A stretch of DNA of 64,000 nucleotides, taken from positions 2,360 to 66,359 of the forward strand of contig JBNGDF010000006.1 in NCBI GenBank assembly GCA_049975265.1, given 5' to 3'. Below, piece after piece: positions 49,644 through 62,146 of this stretch; position 1 is the first letter of the stretch; every line of letters starts with the position of its first letter. The position numbers were made by a program, and so were the translations under genes. The stretch is from Fidelibacterota bacterium. Lineage in GTDB: Bacteria; Fidelibacterota; UBA2242. The notes beneath the pieces are model-generated. The model made no database searches. It had not been told where the DNA came from and was given only the letters and a program-made list of their open reading frames with translations.

Positions 49644-50394
49644 TGGGATTCTGTCCTTCGGTTATTGATTCAACGTATCGCTTCAAAGAATAAATTCCCG
49701 CCTTCTCGATAACATGGGGAAAAGAGCGCAACGACGCATCGTTGCCATTAAATATAAGTTGCCCGGCGGATAATATCCAATAATGACCACAGATTTTGGA
49801 GATTACGTCAAAATCGTGGGATACGACCAAAACTGCATGGCGCACCCGGAATGCCTCCAGAATCGAAAAGAGCTGCCTCTTGCCATTGCGATCTAATCCC
49901 ACGGTAGGCTCATCCAGAATCAGTAAATCCGGCTCCAGCGCCAGACTCAGGGCAAGCGCCAGCCGCCGCAACTCCCCACCGCTCAGCTCAAAACCGTTCC
50001 GATCCCGGACCTGCTCAAAATCCAGCGAAAAGAGCCGCAAATACTCCCGCACCGCCAACAAAATATTTCCACCGCGCTGATTCCAGGCTGCCATCCGTTG
50101 AATCGTATCGCCAATTTGAACCCCCAGCAGTATCCGCTCGGGAAATTGGGGCGAATAGACCACTCTGGGAGACATTCCTTTCCCGTCTATGGAATAGTCT
50201 ATTGTACCGGCAGTGGGCGGCAGGAGACCGGCTAACAGTCTACTGAAAGTCGTCTTGCCGGAGCCGGACAGTCCATAGATCCCAAGAGTCCCATGAAATG
50301 CGTGTTCAAGACTGCTGATATATAAGCGAAACGCTCCGGTTTTCTTAAACCGAAATTCAAGGTTCCGAACAGTTACAAAAAGTCTATTCTCCAT
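49624..50394 (-). CDS. ABC ATP-binding protein (ECF A-component-like)
   Basis: GLSGSGKTT, QFPE, LSGGELRR, ILDEPTVGLD, VSHD; probable start ATG 50394. Confidence 0.8.
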   Translation of the reverse strand: MENRLFVTVRNLEFRFKKTGAFRLYISSLEHAFHGTLGIYGLSGSGKTTFSRLLAGLLPPTAGTIDYSIDGKGMSPRVVYSPQFPERILLGVQIGDTIQRMAAWNQRGGNILLAVREYLRLFSLDFEQVRDRNGFELSGGELRRLALALSLALEPDLLILDEPTVGLDRNGKRQLFSILEAFRVRHAVLVVSHDFDVISKICGHYWILSAGQLIFNGNDASLRSFPHVIEKAGIYSLKRYVESITEGQNPIEKQSA

Positions 50395-51067
50395 ACTGAG
50401 ATCTAATCTGTTGCCGGTATTCAGTGGGTGGACCCTGCCAGGAGATTCGACCCCTGTCCAGTTCAATCAGGTGATCCGCCAATCCGAACTCATAATCCTC
50501 CTGCGTGATCCAGATAATACTGACCCCCTCCTGCCGGAGAGTGATAATCTGCTCGTAGAACCGCACCCGTGCAATGCTGTCAAGAAACGAACAGGGTTCG
50601 TCCAGAATCATAATATCCGGCTGGCTGATCATCATCCCCGCCAGCGCTAGGCGCTGCTTCTCACCACCGGACAGCCGGTCCGGCGAATCATTCCGCCGAT
50701 CGGTTAACTCATACCGCTGCAGATACTCCTCCACCCGCCGCTGCATCTCCGCTGCCGGAACACCCCTGTTTTCCAGATTAAACGCCAATTCCCGTTCCAA
50801 ATTAAAATGAACAATCTGATCGTCCGGATTCTGAAAAAGATACCCGAACCGAACATCGCCACTGTTTCGCCCTTTGTACTCAACATTTATCTGTCCCGCT
50901 GTTGGTGTCAACAGACCGGCGACCAATTTTAACAAAGTCGTCTTACCCGAACCGCTGCTACCGGTCACAGCGACCAGAGCGTCCAGGGGAATGTCCAGGT
51001 TCAGCTGCTTAAACAGAAAGGGGGCGTCACAATACCGAAAATCCAGTCCGTCTATTTGTATTTTCAA
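50384..51067 (-). CDS. ECF transporter ATPase (EcfA/CbiO-like)
   Basis: GSSGSGKTT, FQNPDDQI, ELAFNLEN.G, LSGGEKQRLALAG, ILDEP. Confidence 0.85.
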   Translation of the reverse strand: MKIQIDGLDFRYCDAPFLFKQLNLDIPLDALVAVTGSSGSGKTTLLKLVAGLLTPTAGQINVEYKGRNSGDVRFGYLFQNPDDQIVHFNLERELAFNLENRGVPAAEMQRRVEEYLQRYELTDRRNDSPDRLSGGEKQRLALAGMMISQPDIMILDEPCSFLDSIARVRFYEQIITLRQEGVSIIWITQEDYEFGLADHLIELDRGRISWQGPPTEYRQQIRSQYGE

Positions 51068-52344
51068 TCATTCTCCAGGATAGCCCGAACCGTGCGTGCC
51101 GAGGCGCCCAAATTATCCAGAATGACCCGCCGGGCGGATTCTGACGCCTGGTGATAAAATGCCCGGTCTCTCACCAATTTGAAAATCAGCCGATAGAGCT
51201 CTGTCCCGTTTTTGCAGCTGAAACCGCCGCCCGCTTTAACCAATAGCTCCGCCTCACGGGAATTATGATAAGCCGGACCGAAAATTACCGGGATACCGGC
51301 GACGGCGGGTTCCATTACATTATGGACGGAGCCTCGAAAACCACCGCCTACGAACGCCAGCCGGGTCTGATGATAGAGATCGGCTAAGATGCCGATCTTG
51401 TCGATTAACACAAGGGTTTCGGAAACAGGGAAGTGTTCCGCCCGGGAAAAACGACAGGATAACAGACCATTTCCGCTGAATTGGTCTTCAAAACTCTCCA
51501 GCGCGTACTCGTTGGGTTCGTGGGGGGCGATAATATAACGGATATCCGGATAGTGTTCATGCAGTTTGCGGATGACCGGCACTAGGTGCCGGGCGTCCTG
51601 AGGCCAGACACTGCCGGCAATCAGAACGAAGTGATCCGAAAAAAGTCGGGGTATCGGCATTGACCGGCGGCTGCGAGCCCGTTCGATCACCTGATCATAG
51701 CGGGTATCACCCAGGTTCAAGACCCGGATCGGGACCCCGCCCACCAACTGCTTGACCGAATCTTTATCATCTTCGGAAACGGCAAAGATATAGTCCAGCG
51801 AACGATATAGCTCCCTGAAAAAGCTGCGCACCAGCGGTAGAAATTTGGAACTGTTGCGCCGGATCCGGGCAGACATCAGATAGGTGACAATATGCAACCG
51901 CCTGGCATTCATAATCAAATTCGGCCATAATTCATAGGTCACAAAAATGATTTTTGCAGGACGTAAAATCTGTATGAAACATCGGGTGCGGTAATACGTG
52001 TCCAGAGGCAAATAAATCATTAGCCCGATTTCGGGCATCCGCTCCGCATGTTCAAAGCCACTGGGCGAAGTAAAACTGGCTGCAATCAATACATCCGGGC
52101 GAATCGCCTTGAGACCGCGAATGACCGGCTTAGCCTGCTCAAATTCACCCAGCGATGCCGAATGGATCAGATAGACCTCCCGGTCCGGATTCTCCTGGCG
52201 AAAACGCCGCAGCCGGCGCCAGCTGGCTTTGCGACCGGTTATCCCGCGACGAATTTTGCGATTGAACAGGCTCAACGACCGGATACCACAGTAGCTCACC
52301 GGCACAACAATCAGATTGTAAATAAAAAACCAGATTTTTACCAT
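51064..52344 (-). CDS. waaA: 3-deoxy-D-manno-octulosonic acid transferase
   Basis: HSASLGEFEQ, F.SPSG, YLPLD, YELWPN, GDTRYDQV, AGS.W, VHNVMEPA. Confidence 0.92.
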   Translation of the reverse strand: MVKIWFFIYNLIVVPVSYCGIRSLSLFNRKIRRGITGRKASWRRLRRFRQENPDREVYLIHSASLGEFEQAKPVIRGLKAIRPDVLIAASFTSPSGFEHAERMPEIGLMIYLPLDTYYRTRCFIQILRPAKIIFVTYELWPNLIMNARRLHIVTYLMSARIRRNSSKFLPLVRSFFRELYRSLDYIFAVSEDDKDSVKQLVGGVPIRVLNLGDTRYDQVIERARSRRSMPIPRLFSDHFVLIAGSVWPQDARHLVPVIRKLHEHYPDIRYIIAPHEPNEYALESFEDQFSGNGLLSCRFSRAEHFPVSETLVLIDKIGILADLYHQTRLAFVGGGFRGSVHNVMEPAVAGIPVIFGPAYHNSREAELLVKAGGGFSCKNGTELYRLIFKLVRDRAFYHQASESARRVILDNLGASARTVRAILEND

Positions 52345-52374
52345 ACTTCAAATACTTCTGAATCGCTTACGCGT

Positions 52375-53358
52375 TCATTTCGTGCGGGCTCGATTAAATG
52401 CAACAAATCCAGCCAGGGCTGTCTTGACTTCGGAATCGGGAAAGCGCTGCAGATATTGCATCGCCTGCTCCGAAATCTCATCCAACTTCTGCTCCGCATA
52501 ATGGATGCCGCCTTCGGAAACAGTCAACTCGCTGATCCGCTGAATGTCCGCCGGCTGCAATCCCCCGCGTATGGCAGCCCGGATGCGTTTTTGCTCCGCC
52601 CGACTCATCCTATTCAGAACATGCAGCAGCGGCAGGGTGATCAGATTGGACTTCAAATCCCGACCGATCGGTTTGCCGATTTTTTCCTCCCGGGCGGTAT
52701 AATCGAAAAGATCATCCTTGACCTGAAACGCCATGCCGAGATATTTCCCGAAATTCCATAGTGTTTCCGCTTCCTCCGCGGTGCCGTCTACCGACAATAC
52801 CCCTACTTTGCAGCTGCTGGCAAACAACGAAGCGGTTTTCAGCCAGATCATGCGGAAATAGAGCTCTTCATCCATCCCGGCGTTGGAACTTTTCGCCAGT
52901 TGCAAAATTTCACCGGAGCTCAGCGCCTCCGAGGTTTCCGACAGAAGCTGCAGTGCTTCGTAGTTTCTCAGGCGCAGCATATTACTAAGAGAGCGACTGA
53001 ACAGGAAATCACCCATCAGAACCGAAATTTTATTCTGCCAGATCGCATTGACCGAGGGCGCTCCCCGCCGGGTCATCGCTTCGTCAATGATATCATCATG
53101 AATCAAGGTCGCTGTATGGAGCAGCTCCACCAGACCGGCTGATATGATCGTAGCCTCCGTCGGCGTTCCGCACAATTTTGCCGACAGCAGCACCAGAATC
53201 GGTCGGAGCCGCTTGCTTTTTTGACTGAGAATATGGCGGGCAATCCGGCGAATCAACGCCACATCGGACTGCAGAGAGGCTGCAAATTCCCGCTGAAACC
53301 GGACAAATTCCGCCCGTACCGGACGAACCAACTCTTCTGTTTCCGACCTCTGTTTCAA
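52375..53358 (-). CDS. Long-chain polyprenyl diphosphate synthase (IspB-like)
   Basis: KRLRP, ELLHTATLIHDDIID...RRG, GDFL, KTASLF, FQVKDD, GKPIG.DL. Confidence 0.93.
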   Translation of the reverse strand: MKQRSETEELVRPVRAEFVRFQREFAASLQSDVALIRRIARHILSQKSKRLRPILVLLSAKLCGTPTEATIISAGLVELLHTATLIHDDIIDEAMTRRGAPSVNAIWQNKISVLMGDFLFSRSLSNMLRLRNYEALQLLSETSEALSSGEILQLAKSSNAGMDEELYFRMIWLKTASLFASSCKVGVLSVDGTAEEAETLWNFGKYLGMAFQVKDDLFDYTAREEKIGKPIGRDLKSNLITLPLLHVLNRMSRAEQKRIRAAIRGGLQPADIQRISELTVSEGGIHYAEQKLDEISEQAMQYLQRFPDSEVKTALAGFVAFNRARTK

Positions 53359-54137
53359 TCTTCCATACTCTCTGTTTCGGATTCTTTCTTTTCCTGATGC
53401 AGGGCTAACCGCGACACCAGGATACTAAATTCATAGAGAAAAAGCAGGGGTACTCCCATCAGCAACATCGAAACGGGATCGGGTGGCGTAATAAACGCCG
53501 CCACAATCAGAATAATGATAATTGCATAGCGCCAGGATTTGCGCAAAAAGGTCGGCGTAATCAGCCCCATTTTCGTCAACAAAAAAGACGCCACCGGCAT
53601 TAAGAACAGCAGACCCGAGGCTACCAGCAACTGCAACACAAATTTTGCATAATAATTAATCGATATGTTCTTCTCCACGTCCGGCGAACCAATTGCCGTT
53701 AGAAATTTAATGGCAAAGGGCGCTATCACATAGTATGCAAAGACAACCCCAAGCACAAAAAAAATCGACACGCTGATCACCAGCCAGGGTCCCCACCGTT
53801 TTTCATCGGGATAGAGTCCCGGCGCCACAAAAGCCCAGAACTGGTAGGCTAAAACCGGAATGGAGGCGGCAATACCAATCACCAGTGCGACTCCGAATTT
53901 CAGCATCAACATCCCCTGAACCTTCAAGACCTGGAGCTTCATATCCGGCTGCAACATTCTCGACGGCTTTAACAGCAACTCAATGAAAAAATCCGAAACC
54001 ACAAAACTGAGCACGGTAAACAGAATAATGCTGAACAGTATTTTCAACAAGCGCCAGCGCAGCTCCTCGAGATGATCCAGAAAGCCCATCTCTTTCATAT
54101 CGGTCTTTTCTGCCACCACTCCTTTTACCTGCATCAA
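53355..54137 (-). CDS. tatC: Twin-arginine translocase subunit TatC
   Basis: EM.FLDHLEELRWRL, YQFWAFVAPGLY..E, AAFITPPDP.S. Confidence 0.96.
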   Translation of the reverse strand: MMQVKGVVAEKTDMKEMGFLDHLEELRWRLLKILFSIILFTVLSFVVSDFFIELLLKPSRMLQPDMKLQVLKVQGMLMLKFGVALVIGIAASIPVLAYQFWAFVAPGLYPDEKRWGPWLVISVSIFFVLGVVFAYYVIAPFAIKFLTAIGSPDVEKNISINYYAKFVLQLLVASGLLFLMPVASFLLTKMGLITPTFLRKSWRYAIIIILIVAAFITPPDPVSMLLMGVPLLFLYEFSILVSRLALHQEKKESETESMED

Positions 54138-54275
54138 TGATTATACGCAATTTCCAATCTGTAAAACGACTTCTAAATATAATTATCCCACCGTAGAAAT
54201 GCAGGGATTTATGGAAGTATTTCCAGTTTTTGCCAATAACCTCTTGCCACGATATACGGCAATCCTTCAATCAAT

Positions 54276-54299
54276 AAAAAAAGGCTGCACTTGGCAGCC
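54276..54299 (-). terminator. Intrinsic terminator after the Crp/Fnr gene
   Basis: Minus strand GGCTGC-CAAGT-GCAGCC-TTTTTTT. Confidence 0.8.
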
Positions 54300-54325
54300 C
54301 TCCTAATATTCCGTTAAAAAAAATT

Positions 54326-55003
54326 TTACCCAAACTCCTTGACAAAATCGTCATAGCGGTTGATGGTCAATCGGCGGCCCTGGCGTTGGATCCAGCCTTT
54401 TAGCTCCAACATCTTCAGCATTCTGGAGACGGTCTCCCGGGAGGTCCCCGCCATATTGGCAATATCCTGCTGAAACGGCAGTTTTTCGATAATCACCTGC
54501 CCCTGCCGGATCACCCCCAGATCCTCGGCGAACCGGATAATGCTCATGGCAATCCGGCTCTCCGCATCGCTGAGTGACAATCCCTCGATCTGCTGGTCTG
54601 AGCGTCTCAGCCGGACCGCCATCTCCTGTAACAGTGTTATGGCAATTTTCGGATGCTTTTCCAGCAGGTCCAGAAAGTCGCCCCGTTTCAGGATAAAGAC
54701 TTCGGAATCTTCCAGGGCGATCACATTGGCGGAGCGACTCTCCCCATCAAAAATAGACATTTCTCCGAAAAAATCTCCCTCCCCCAGGATCGACAAAATG
54801 ACCTCCCGCCCGTCATCGCTCAGACGGGTAATCTTGACACTGCCTTTGTTCAAAATGAATAAAGAGTCGCCGATATCCTCTTCCATTAAAATCATATTGT
54901 TCCGCTTATAGACCCGCTTTTGCATCAGGTCAGCGATCTTTTCAAGAATTTCATCCCTTAAATCGGCAAACAGCGGTATGGTTTTTAGTACATTATTGTT
55001 CAT
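54326..55003 (-). CDS. Crp/Fnr family transcriptional regulator
   Basis: cNMP domain (GDFFGEMS...RSA), HTH QQDIANMAGTSRETVSR. Confidence 0.95.
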   Translation of the reverse strand: MNNNVLKTIPLFADLRDEILEKIADLMQKRVYKRNNMILMEEDIGDSLFILNKGSVKITRLSDDGREVILSILGEGDFFGEMSIFDGESRSANVIALEDSEVFILKRGDFLDLLEKHPKIAITLLQEMAVRLRRSDQQIEGLSLSDAESRIAMSIIRFAEDLGVIRQGQVIIEKLPFQQDIANMAGTSRETVSRMLKMLELKGWIQRQGRRLTINRYDDFVKEFG

Positions 55004-55021
55004 ACATCTCTCCCTCGCTGA

Positions 55022-55050
55022 AAAATAGGTGTAGACTCCATAAAATACAA
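55022..55050 (-). promoter_or_regulatory. Putative promoter of the Crp/Fnr gene
   Basis: TTGTAT-N17-TATTTT. Confidence 0.45.
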
Positions 55051-55080
55051 GAAAAAGTTTTCCGCCCGAGCCGACTCTCT

Positions 55081-55434
55081 CTAATCCTTCTCCTTGCCTT
55101 TCCGGGCACGACCGGATTTGCTGAATTTCTTCAGGATTTCCGGCACCATTTCGATCACCTTCCCAATCGAATGGTCTTTTAAACTGTGTACCCGCACGGC
55201 GTCTTCTTCGACCATGATAATTGCCACCGGCTCGATAATCGCACCACCGCCACTTCCGGTACCTGATTCGCTGTCCGCTTTCGTGCGTCCGCCGCCCACA
55301 CCGAATCCGAAAGAAATTTTCGTCACCGGAATAACCGTCGCTTTTCCGGCTACGATCGGTTTCCCCACCACCGTCTCTGAATCCACCAGGTTTTTCAGTT
55401 TCCCCAAAAGAGTATCCAAAAGATTTTCCACCAT
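55081..55434 (-). CDS. GerW/YtfJ family protein
   Basis: TVVGKPI, VIPVTKISFGFGVGG, G.GGGA.IEPVA. Confidence 0.9.
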   Translation of the reverse strand: MVENLLDTLLGKLKNLVDSETVVGKPIVAGKATVIPVTKISFGFGVGGGRTKADSESGTGSGGGAIIEPVAIIMVEEDAVRVHSLKDHSIGKVIEMVPEILKKFSKSGRARKGKEKD

Positions 55435-56090
55435 TATTTCACTTCCTTTCTAATCCTCAGACGCCTTCGGTATTGTTTATAACTAAAAATAAGGATTGGA
55501 ATATATTGGTGCAAATAAATAACACCGGCAGATTCAATTTCTCCATCAATCCCCGGCTGTGTGAAATTTGCTCGTAAGGTGATATTTTCCAGTTGGGACA
55601 GCGTATATTGAAACATAGTATACGCACCGAACAGCAGACCGGTCGCCGCCGGATTCCTGAAACCAATTCCAAGGTCACCCTGTAACCTCCTGAAACGAAT
55701 CGGTCGCAGCAGGCGGGGCAGCAGTTGCCGCAGCAGCTGAATCCAGTCTGTCGTCGCCAACCCGGCTCGCTTTTTTGGTTTTGTGGGGCTTGGTTCAGCC
55801 TCGCCGGTTCTCTGATCTGCTTCTCTCTGACCCGACCTGCCAAGCGCCTGCCGGTACAGCGGGAACCGTATCCCGCAAACCTTTGCCTTTAAACCCAGGG
55901 CAGGATAATCGAAGTTCAGAAATATCCGAAATGCACCGAATAACAGAGAAACCTCCGCGGTAAGTTGCTTTTCAGACTCTCTGAAATTCCCGCGAAACCG
56001 GAAATTGACGGGGACTGCCACCATCAGAATCACAAATACCAGTATTGCCACCAGGGCAATCAGCAGCAGTTTAGCAATAAAAATCAGCAC
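55434..56090 (-). CDS. DUF2953-like membrane protein
   Basis: N-terminal TM; GF.NPAATG.LFG motif; usual partner upstream of ytfJ. Confidence 0.7.
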   Translation of the reverse strand: MLIFIAKLLLIALVAILVFVILMVAVPVNFRFRGNFRESEKQLTAEVSLLFGAFRIFLNFDYPALGLKAKVCGIRFPLYRQALGRSGQREADQRTGEAEPSPTKPKKRAGLATTDWIQLLRQLLPRLLRPIRFRRLQGDLGIGFRNPAATGLLFGAYTMFQYTLSQLENITLRANFTQPGIDGEIESAGVIYLHQYIPILIFSYKQYRRRLRIRKEVK

Positions 56091-56107
56091 AATGGGTGAT
56101 TTTTCCT

Positions 56108-56136
56108 TTGATATTCAGGATTGATATAAATAAATT
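56108..56136 (+). promoter_or_regulatory. Putative rpsT promoter
   Basis: TTGATA-N17-TAAATT. Confidence 0.5.
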
Positions 56137-56170
56137 TGTAAACTGTTTGAAAATTTTTGAAAGGAGTAGA

Positions 56171-56425
56171 ATGAGTAAGAATCTTTCGGTTCAAAAACGG
56201 ATTCGTCAGGCGGAAAAAGCCCGGCTGCGCAATAAACATTACAAAACATTAATGAAAACCATGATCAAAAAGGTCAAAGCCGCACCCACCAGGGAAGAAG
56301 CGGAACCGCTCTACCGGAAGACCGTCGCCATCATCGACACCATTGCCAATAAAGACATTATTCATAAAAATAACGCCGCCAATAAAAAATCCCGGCTCGC
56401 GGCACATATCGCCAAACTCTCCTGA
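56171..56425 (+). CDS. rpsT: 30S ribosomal protein S20
   Basis: KRIRQAEKARLRN, IIHKNNAANKKSRL; RBS AAGGAG. Confidence 0.95.
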   Translation: MSKNLSVQKRIRQAEKARLRNKHYKTLMKTMIKKVKAAPTREEAEPLYRKTVAIIDTIANKDIIHKNNAANKKSRLAAHIAKLS

Positions 56426-56439
56426 CCCTTTTTACCCAA

Positions 56440-59413
<2,974 letters not shown>

Positions 59414-59451
59414 TTGAGAGCTCCCGTTCCGCCTGAAAAAATTGCTGCCAA

Positions 59452-59523
59452 AAGTTAGTCATGAAAGGGTTTGCAATCAAGCAAAAGCCTCTGCTTGCAT
59501 ATTAACCCTTTTTACCCTATATT
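59452..59523. promoter_or_regulatory. Divergent putative promoters (hutH on -, hypothetical gene on +)
   Basis: Minus TTGATT-N17-TAACTT (59480-59452); plus TTGCAT-N17-TATATT (59495-59523). Confidence 0.45.
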
Positions 59524-59545
59524 TTTAATAACCAGCGAGGTCGTT

Positions 59546-59956
59546 ATGAAAAAAATTGCCGTTTTCTCCTTCATTTTTCTGGTCTTAACGGGTGCCATCG
59601 CGCAGGAAACCGTCGAGGTCAGCGACCTTATTATTCAGCAAACCGATAATAACATGATCCGGGTAACCATCGAGATTTTCAACTCTTCCAGTCGTGAAAT
59701 CAGCGAAGTCGCCGGCTATCTGGACCTCTATGACAACTCCCACCGGATCACCGAAAAGAAGCGGGTACAGGTTCAGATGGTTCATGACGTCCCCCTTCGT
59801 CCGGGCGAATCCAAATCCCGCAGCGTCGTAATGACCCAGCGACCAAACATGTCCGGTAATGCCCAGTACCGCATTACCCATTTGCGTTTCTTCGGCGAGC
59901 AGAACGTCTATCTGGTCTGCCCCAATTGCGGCGAAATCATTCTCAAAGACAACTGA
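59546..59956 (+). CDS. Exported hypothetical protein (Ig-like, C-terminal CPNC)
   Basis: ATG after GAGG; signal peptide AIA-Q; L.PGESKS; 136 aa. Confidence 0.7.
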   Translation: MKKIAVFSFIFLVLTGAIAQETVEVSDLIIQQTDNNMIRVTIEIFNSSSREISEVAGYLDLYDNSHRITEKKRVQVQMVHDVPLRPGESKSRSVVMTQRPNMSGNAQYRITHLRFFGEQNVYLVCPNCGEIILKDN

Positions 59957-60406
59957 TCAGTCAGCGATCACCCGTTCCATTAAATCATTAATCCAATCAC
60001 GTGCCTGCCAGAGATAGGCTTCCACATCCTCCGGTGGATAGCGCTGTTGCGTCATGACAGTGGCAATCAGGGCAGCGGGGATCGGAATATAGCGGATAGT
60101 ATTATCTTCGTAAAAATGATCCAGTCCGGCGATCAAAGAGCGCAGATTGTCCGGTGTCAGCAGATCGGCAAAGACCGAATCGGCGGATGCCAGACCGGCA
60201 TCCCTGAACTTTAATTGATAATACAGTTTGCCATCGAATAATCCGCTGAGATAGGCGCTTTTAATCCAGTAGCTGTACTCCGGATACTCCTGACAAATCC
60301 GGTCTACTTTGCGCCAGTCATAACCATCCCAGAACAGCTTGCGTTCCTGGGCATGGACAGTCCCCAGGCAAATTGCAATCATCACGAAGAATAGTACTTT
60401 TCGCAT
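59957..60406 (-). CDS. Exported hypothetical protein
   Basis: Signal peptide (VHA-Q); WDGYDW..K.AYLSG..DG; LDHFYED; RBS AAGGA. Confidence 0.7.
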   Translation of the reverse strand: MRKVLFFVMIAICLGTVHAQERKLFWDGYDWRKVDRICQEYPEYSYWIKSAYLSGLFDGKLYYQLKFRDAGLASADSVFADLLTPDNLRSLIAGLDHFYEDNTIRYIPIPAALIATVMTQQRYPPEDVEAYLWQARDWINDLMERVIAD

Positions 60407-60419
60407 GAGTATTCCTTTT

Positions 60420-61235
60420 CTATGGTAACAGGCTGCGGATCAGTTCCACAAAATCCAGGTATATTCTCTTCAAGCCGGGATTCTCACTCAACAGACTCAG
60501 ATGCTTGTCAATCGTCTCCTGATCTCCCCGGGCAATCGGACCGGTCAGCGATTCAGAGAGTGGCTTGAACCAACCGTTTTCCACCGCCTGCCGGGACAAG
60601 GTTCCCAGCAGAGTTGCCGCGGCTGTTTCGGAAATACCACGGCTCTGTAACAGCTGTTTAACCGCCTGAATCATTGCGGTCGGGAAGTTATTGACAAAGA
60701 CTGCACAGAGATGAATCAGGCTTTTCTGTTCTGCCTGCAAATGAAAACCGGTCCCGCCGATTTGCACCACCAAACTCTGCAAATCTCCGGCGATTTCCCC
60801 CTCACAGGTGAACACAGCCCCCGCCATCATCCGGATACCGGTTTCAATATCGGGCACACTGATCAGCGGGTGGAGAGAGCCGGTCCGAAAATTATTTTGC
60901 TGTAATTCCGCCAGCAATCCGGCATCCCGGGCACCGGAAAGATGAAACACCTTCGTCCCTTTTCCATCCGGTATTTGCGCCGCAATCTCTCCGGCTATCG
61001 GGCGTATCGCATCATCACTGACCGCAATAATGATCCAGTCGGGATTCGGCGGAACCTCATGCAAATCAGGGGCGAATCGCTGAAAATTGACAAACTCACG
61101 TGCCGTGGTGAATTTATCCCGGCTGCGATTCCAGAGACATGCCGGAACAAAACCGGATTGCTCCAGATGCCGGCTCAGCGCAAGTCCGGTGCGGCTGGCA
61201 CCGATCAGAGCAAAGGATTGACCTTTCGCCATCAT
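60420..61235 (-). CDS. Rossmann-like/DUF2520 protein
   Basis: IGASRTG, IAVSDDAI, HLSGA, SLHPL, LTGPIARGD.ETI.KHL. Confidence 0.88.
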   Translation of the reverse strand: MMAKGQSFALIGASRTGLALSRHLEQSGFVPACLWNRSRDKFTTAREFVNFQRFAPDLHEVPPNPDWIIIAVSDDAIRPIAGEIAAQIPDGKGTKVFHLSGARDAGLLAELQQNNFRTGSLHPLISVPDIETGIRMMAGAVFTCEGEIAGDLQSLVVQIGGTGFHLQAEQKSLIHLCAVFVNNFPTAMIQAVKQLLQSRGISETAAATLLGTLSRQAVENGWFKPLSESLTGPIARGDQETIDKHLSLLSENPGLKRIYLDFVELIRSLLP

Positions 61236-62068
61236 ACAGTTATCACCGCGGAAGTATAGCCCACTACCTGCAATTTATCTCCGCAGGTGTCGCCACTGGT
61301 GCGGTAATCCAGAATCCGGCATTCTGCCGCAGTGAACTGCCGGGCATAATTCATCAGAATCAGAATCGGCCCGAGCCCGCAAGCTTCCAGGCTCTGATCA
61401 TCATAACCCCTTTCCAGCGCCGGAAGATCGCAATTTTCAAGCAACTCTATCAAACGCCGGTCTTTCTGATGAGCCAGCGCCTGCGGATAGTAATGAGACA
61501 GATCCGAACTGGCAATCAGTACCGTGTCCCCGGCATTGACAAGTTCTTTCAGCCGCTCAGAAAACGCCTGCAGCTCCCGCGCCGACGCCATCCCCACCGT
61601 CAACGGAACCAGTTCAATGCCGTCAGGATATAGAACCTGCAGAAACGGCAGCTGGACCTCCAGGGCATGCTCCGTACGATGCCCGATATCGCCAGCCCGG
61701 GCGAGCGGACATTCTGCCGCTATCTTATCGCACAGTTGCCGATCAACCGTCACAACTCCCAAAGGGGTTGCATAGCCGTCGCCGTCGTATACCGCAATCC
61801 CGCTGAAATAGTCACTGTGACTGGGTGCAATTACGACTGCCCGCTTGAATGCAAACCGCTGCAATAGCCGATACCCGTACGCCGCCGTCAGCGCCGAGCA
61901 GGGATAGCCCGCATGCGGCGAGATCAGCCCCACAACCCGTTGCACATCCGGTTCAGGTTCAGGTACCGCCTGTAAATACTCCTGCACCTCCCGGCTCAGT
62001 CGCTCCGGAGAAGCGGCATAAAATTGCCCCGCAACCGCGGGCTGACGTATCTTTTTACCATTTGTCAT
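61232..62068 (-). CDS. amrB: AmmeMemoRadiSam system protein B (MEMO1 family)
   Basis: RQPAVAGQFY, PHAGY..S, EHALEVQLPFLQ, ASSDLSHY, ACG.GP, TSGD, VVGY. Confidence 0.92.
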   Translation of the reverse strand: MTNGKKIRQPAVAGQFYAASPERLSREVQEYLQAVPEPEPDVQRVVGLISPHAGYPCSALTAAYGYRLLQRFAFKRAVVIAPSHSDYFSGIAVYDGDGYATPLGVVTVDRQLCDKIAAECPLARAGDIGHRTEHALEVQLPFLQVLYPDGIELVPLTVGMASARELQAFSERLKELVNAGDTVLIASSDLSHYYPQALAHQKDRRLIELLENCDLPALERGYDDQSLEACGLGPILILMNYARQFTAAECRILDYRTSGDTCGDKLQVVGYTSAVITV

Positions 62069-62087
62069 CACACCTCCTCGTGATATC

Positions 62088-62116
62088 AAAGTAATTCCCG
62101 CAGTAAGGAATGTCAA
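62088..62116 (-). promoter_or_regulatory. Putative promoter of amrB
   Basis: TTGACA-N17-TACTTT. Confidence 0.55.
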
Positions 62117-62146
62117 GGTGCAATCGGTAATTTGCCAAAATTTTGC

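Noticed and set aside
61232..62068. Complete AmmeMemoRadiSam system
   Set aside because: Only the B (MEMO1) component is present; amrA and amrS are not in the window.
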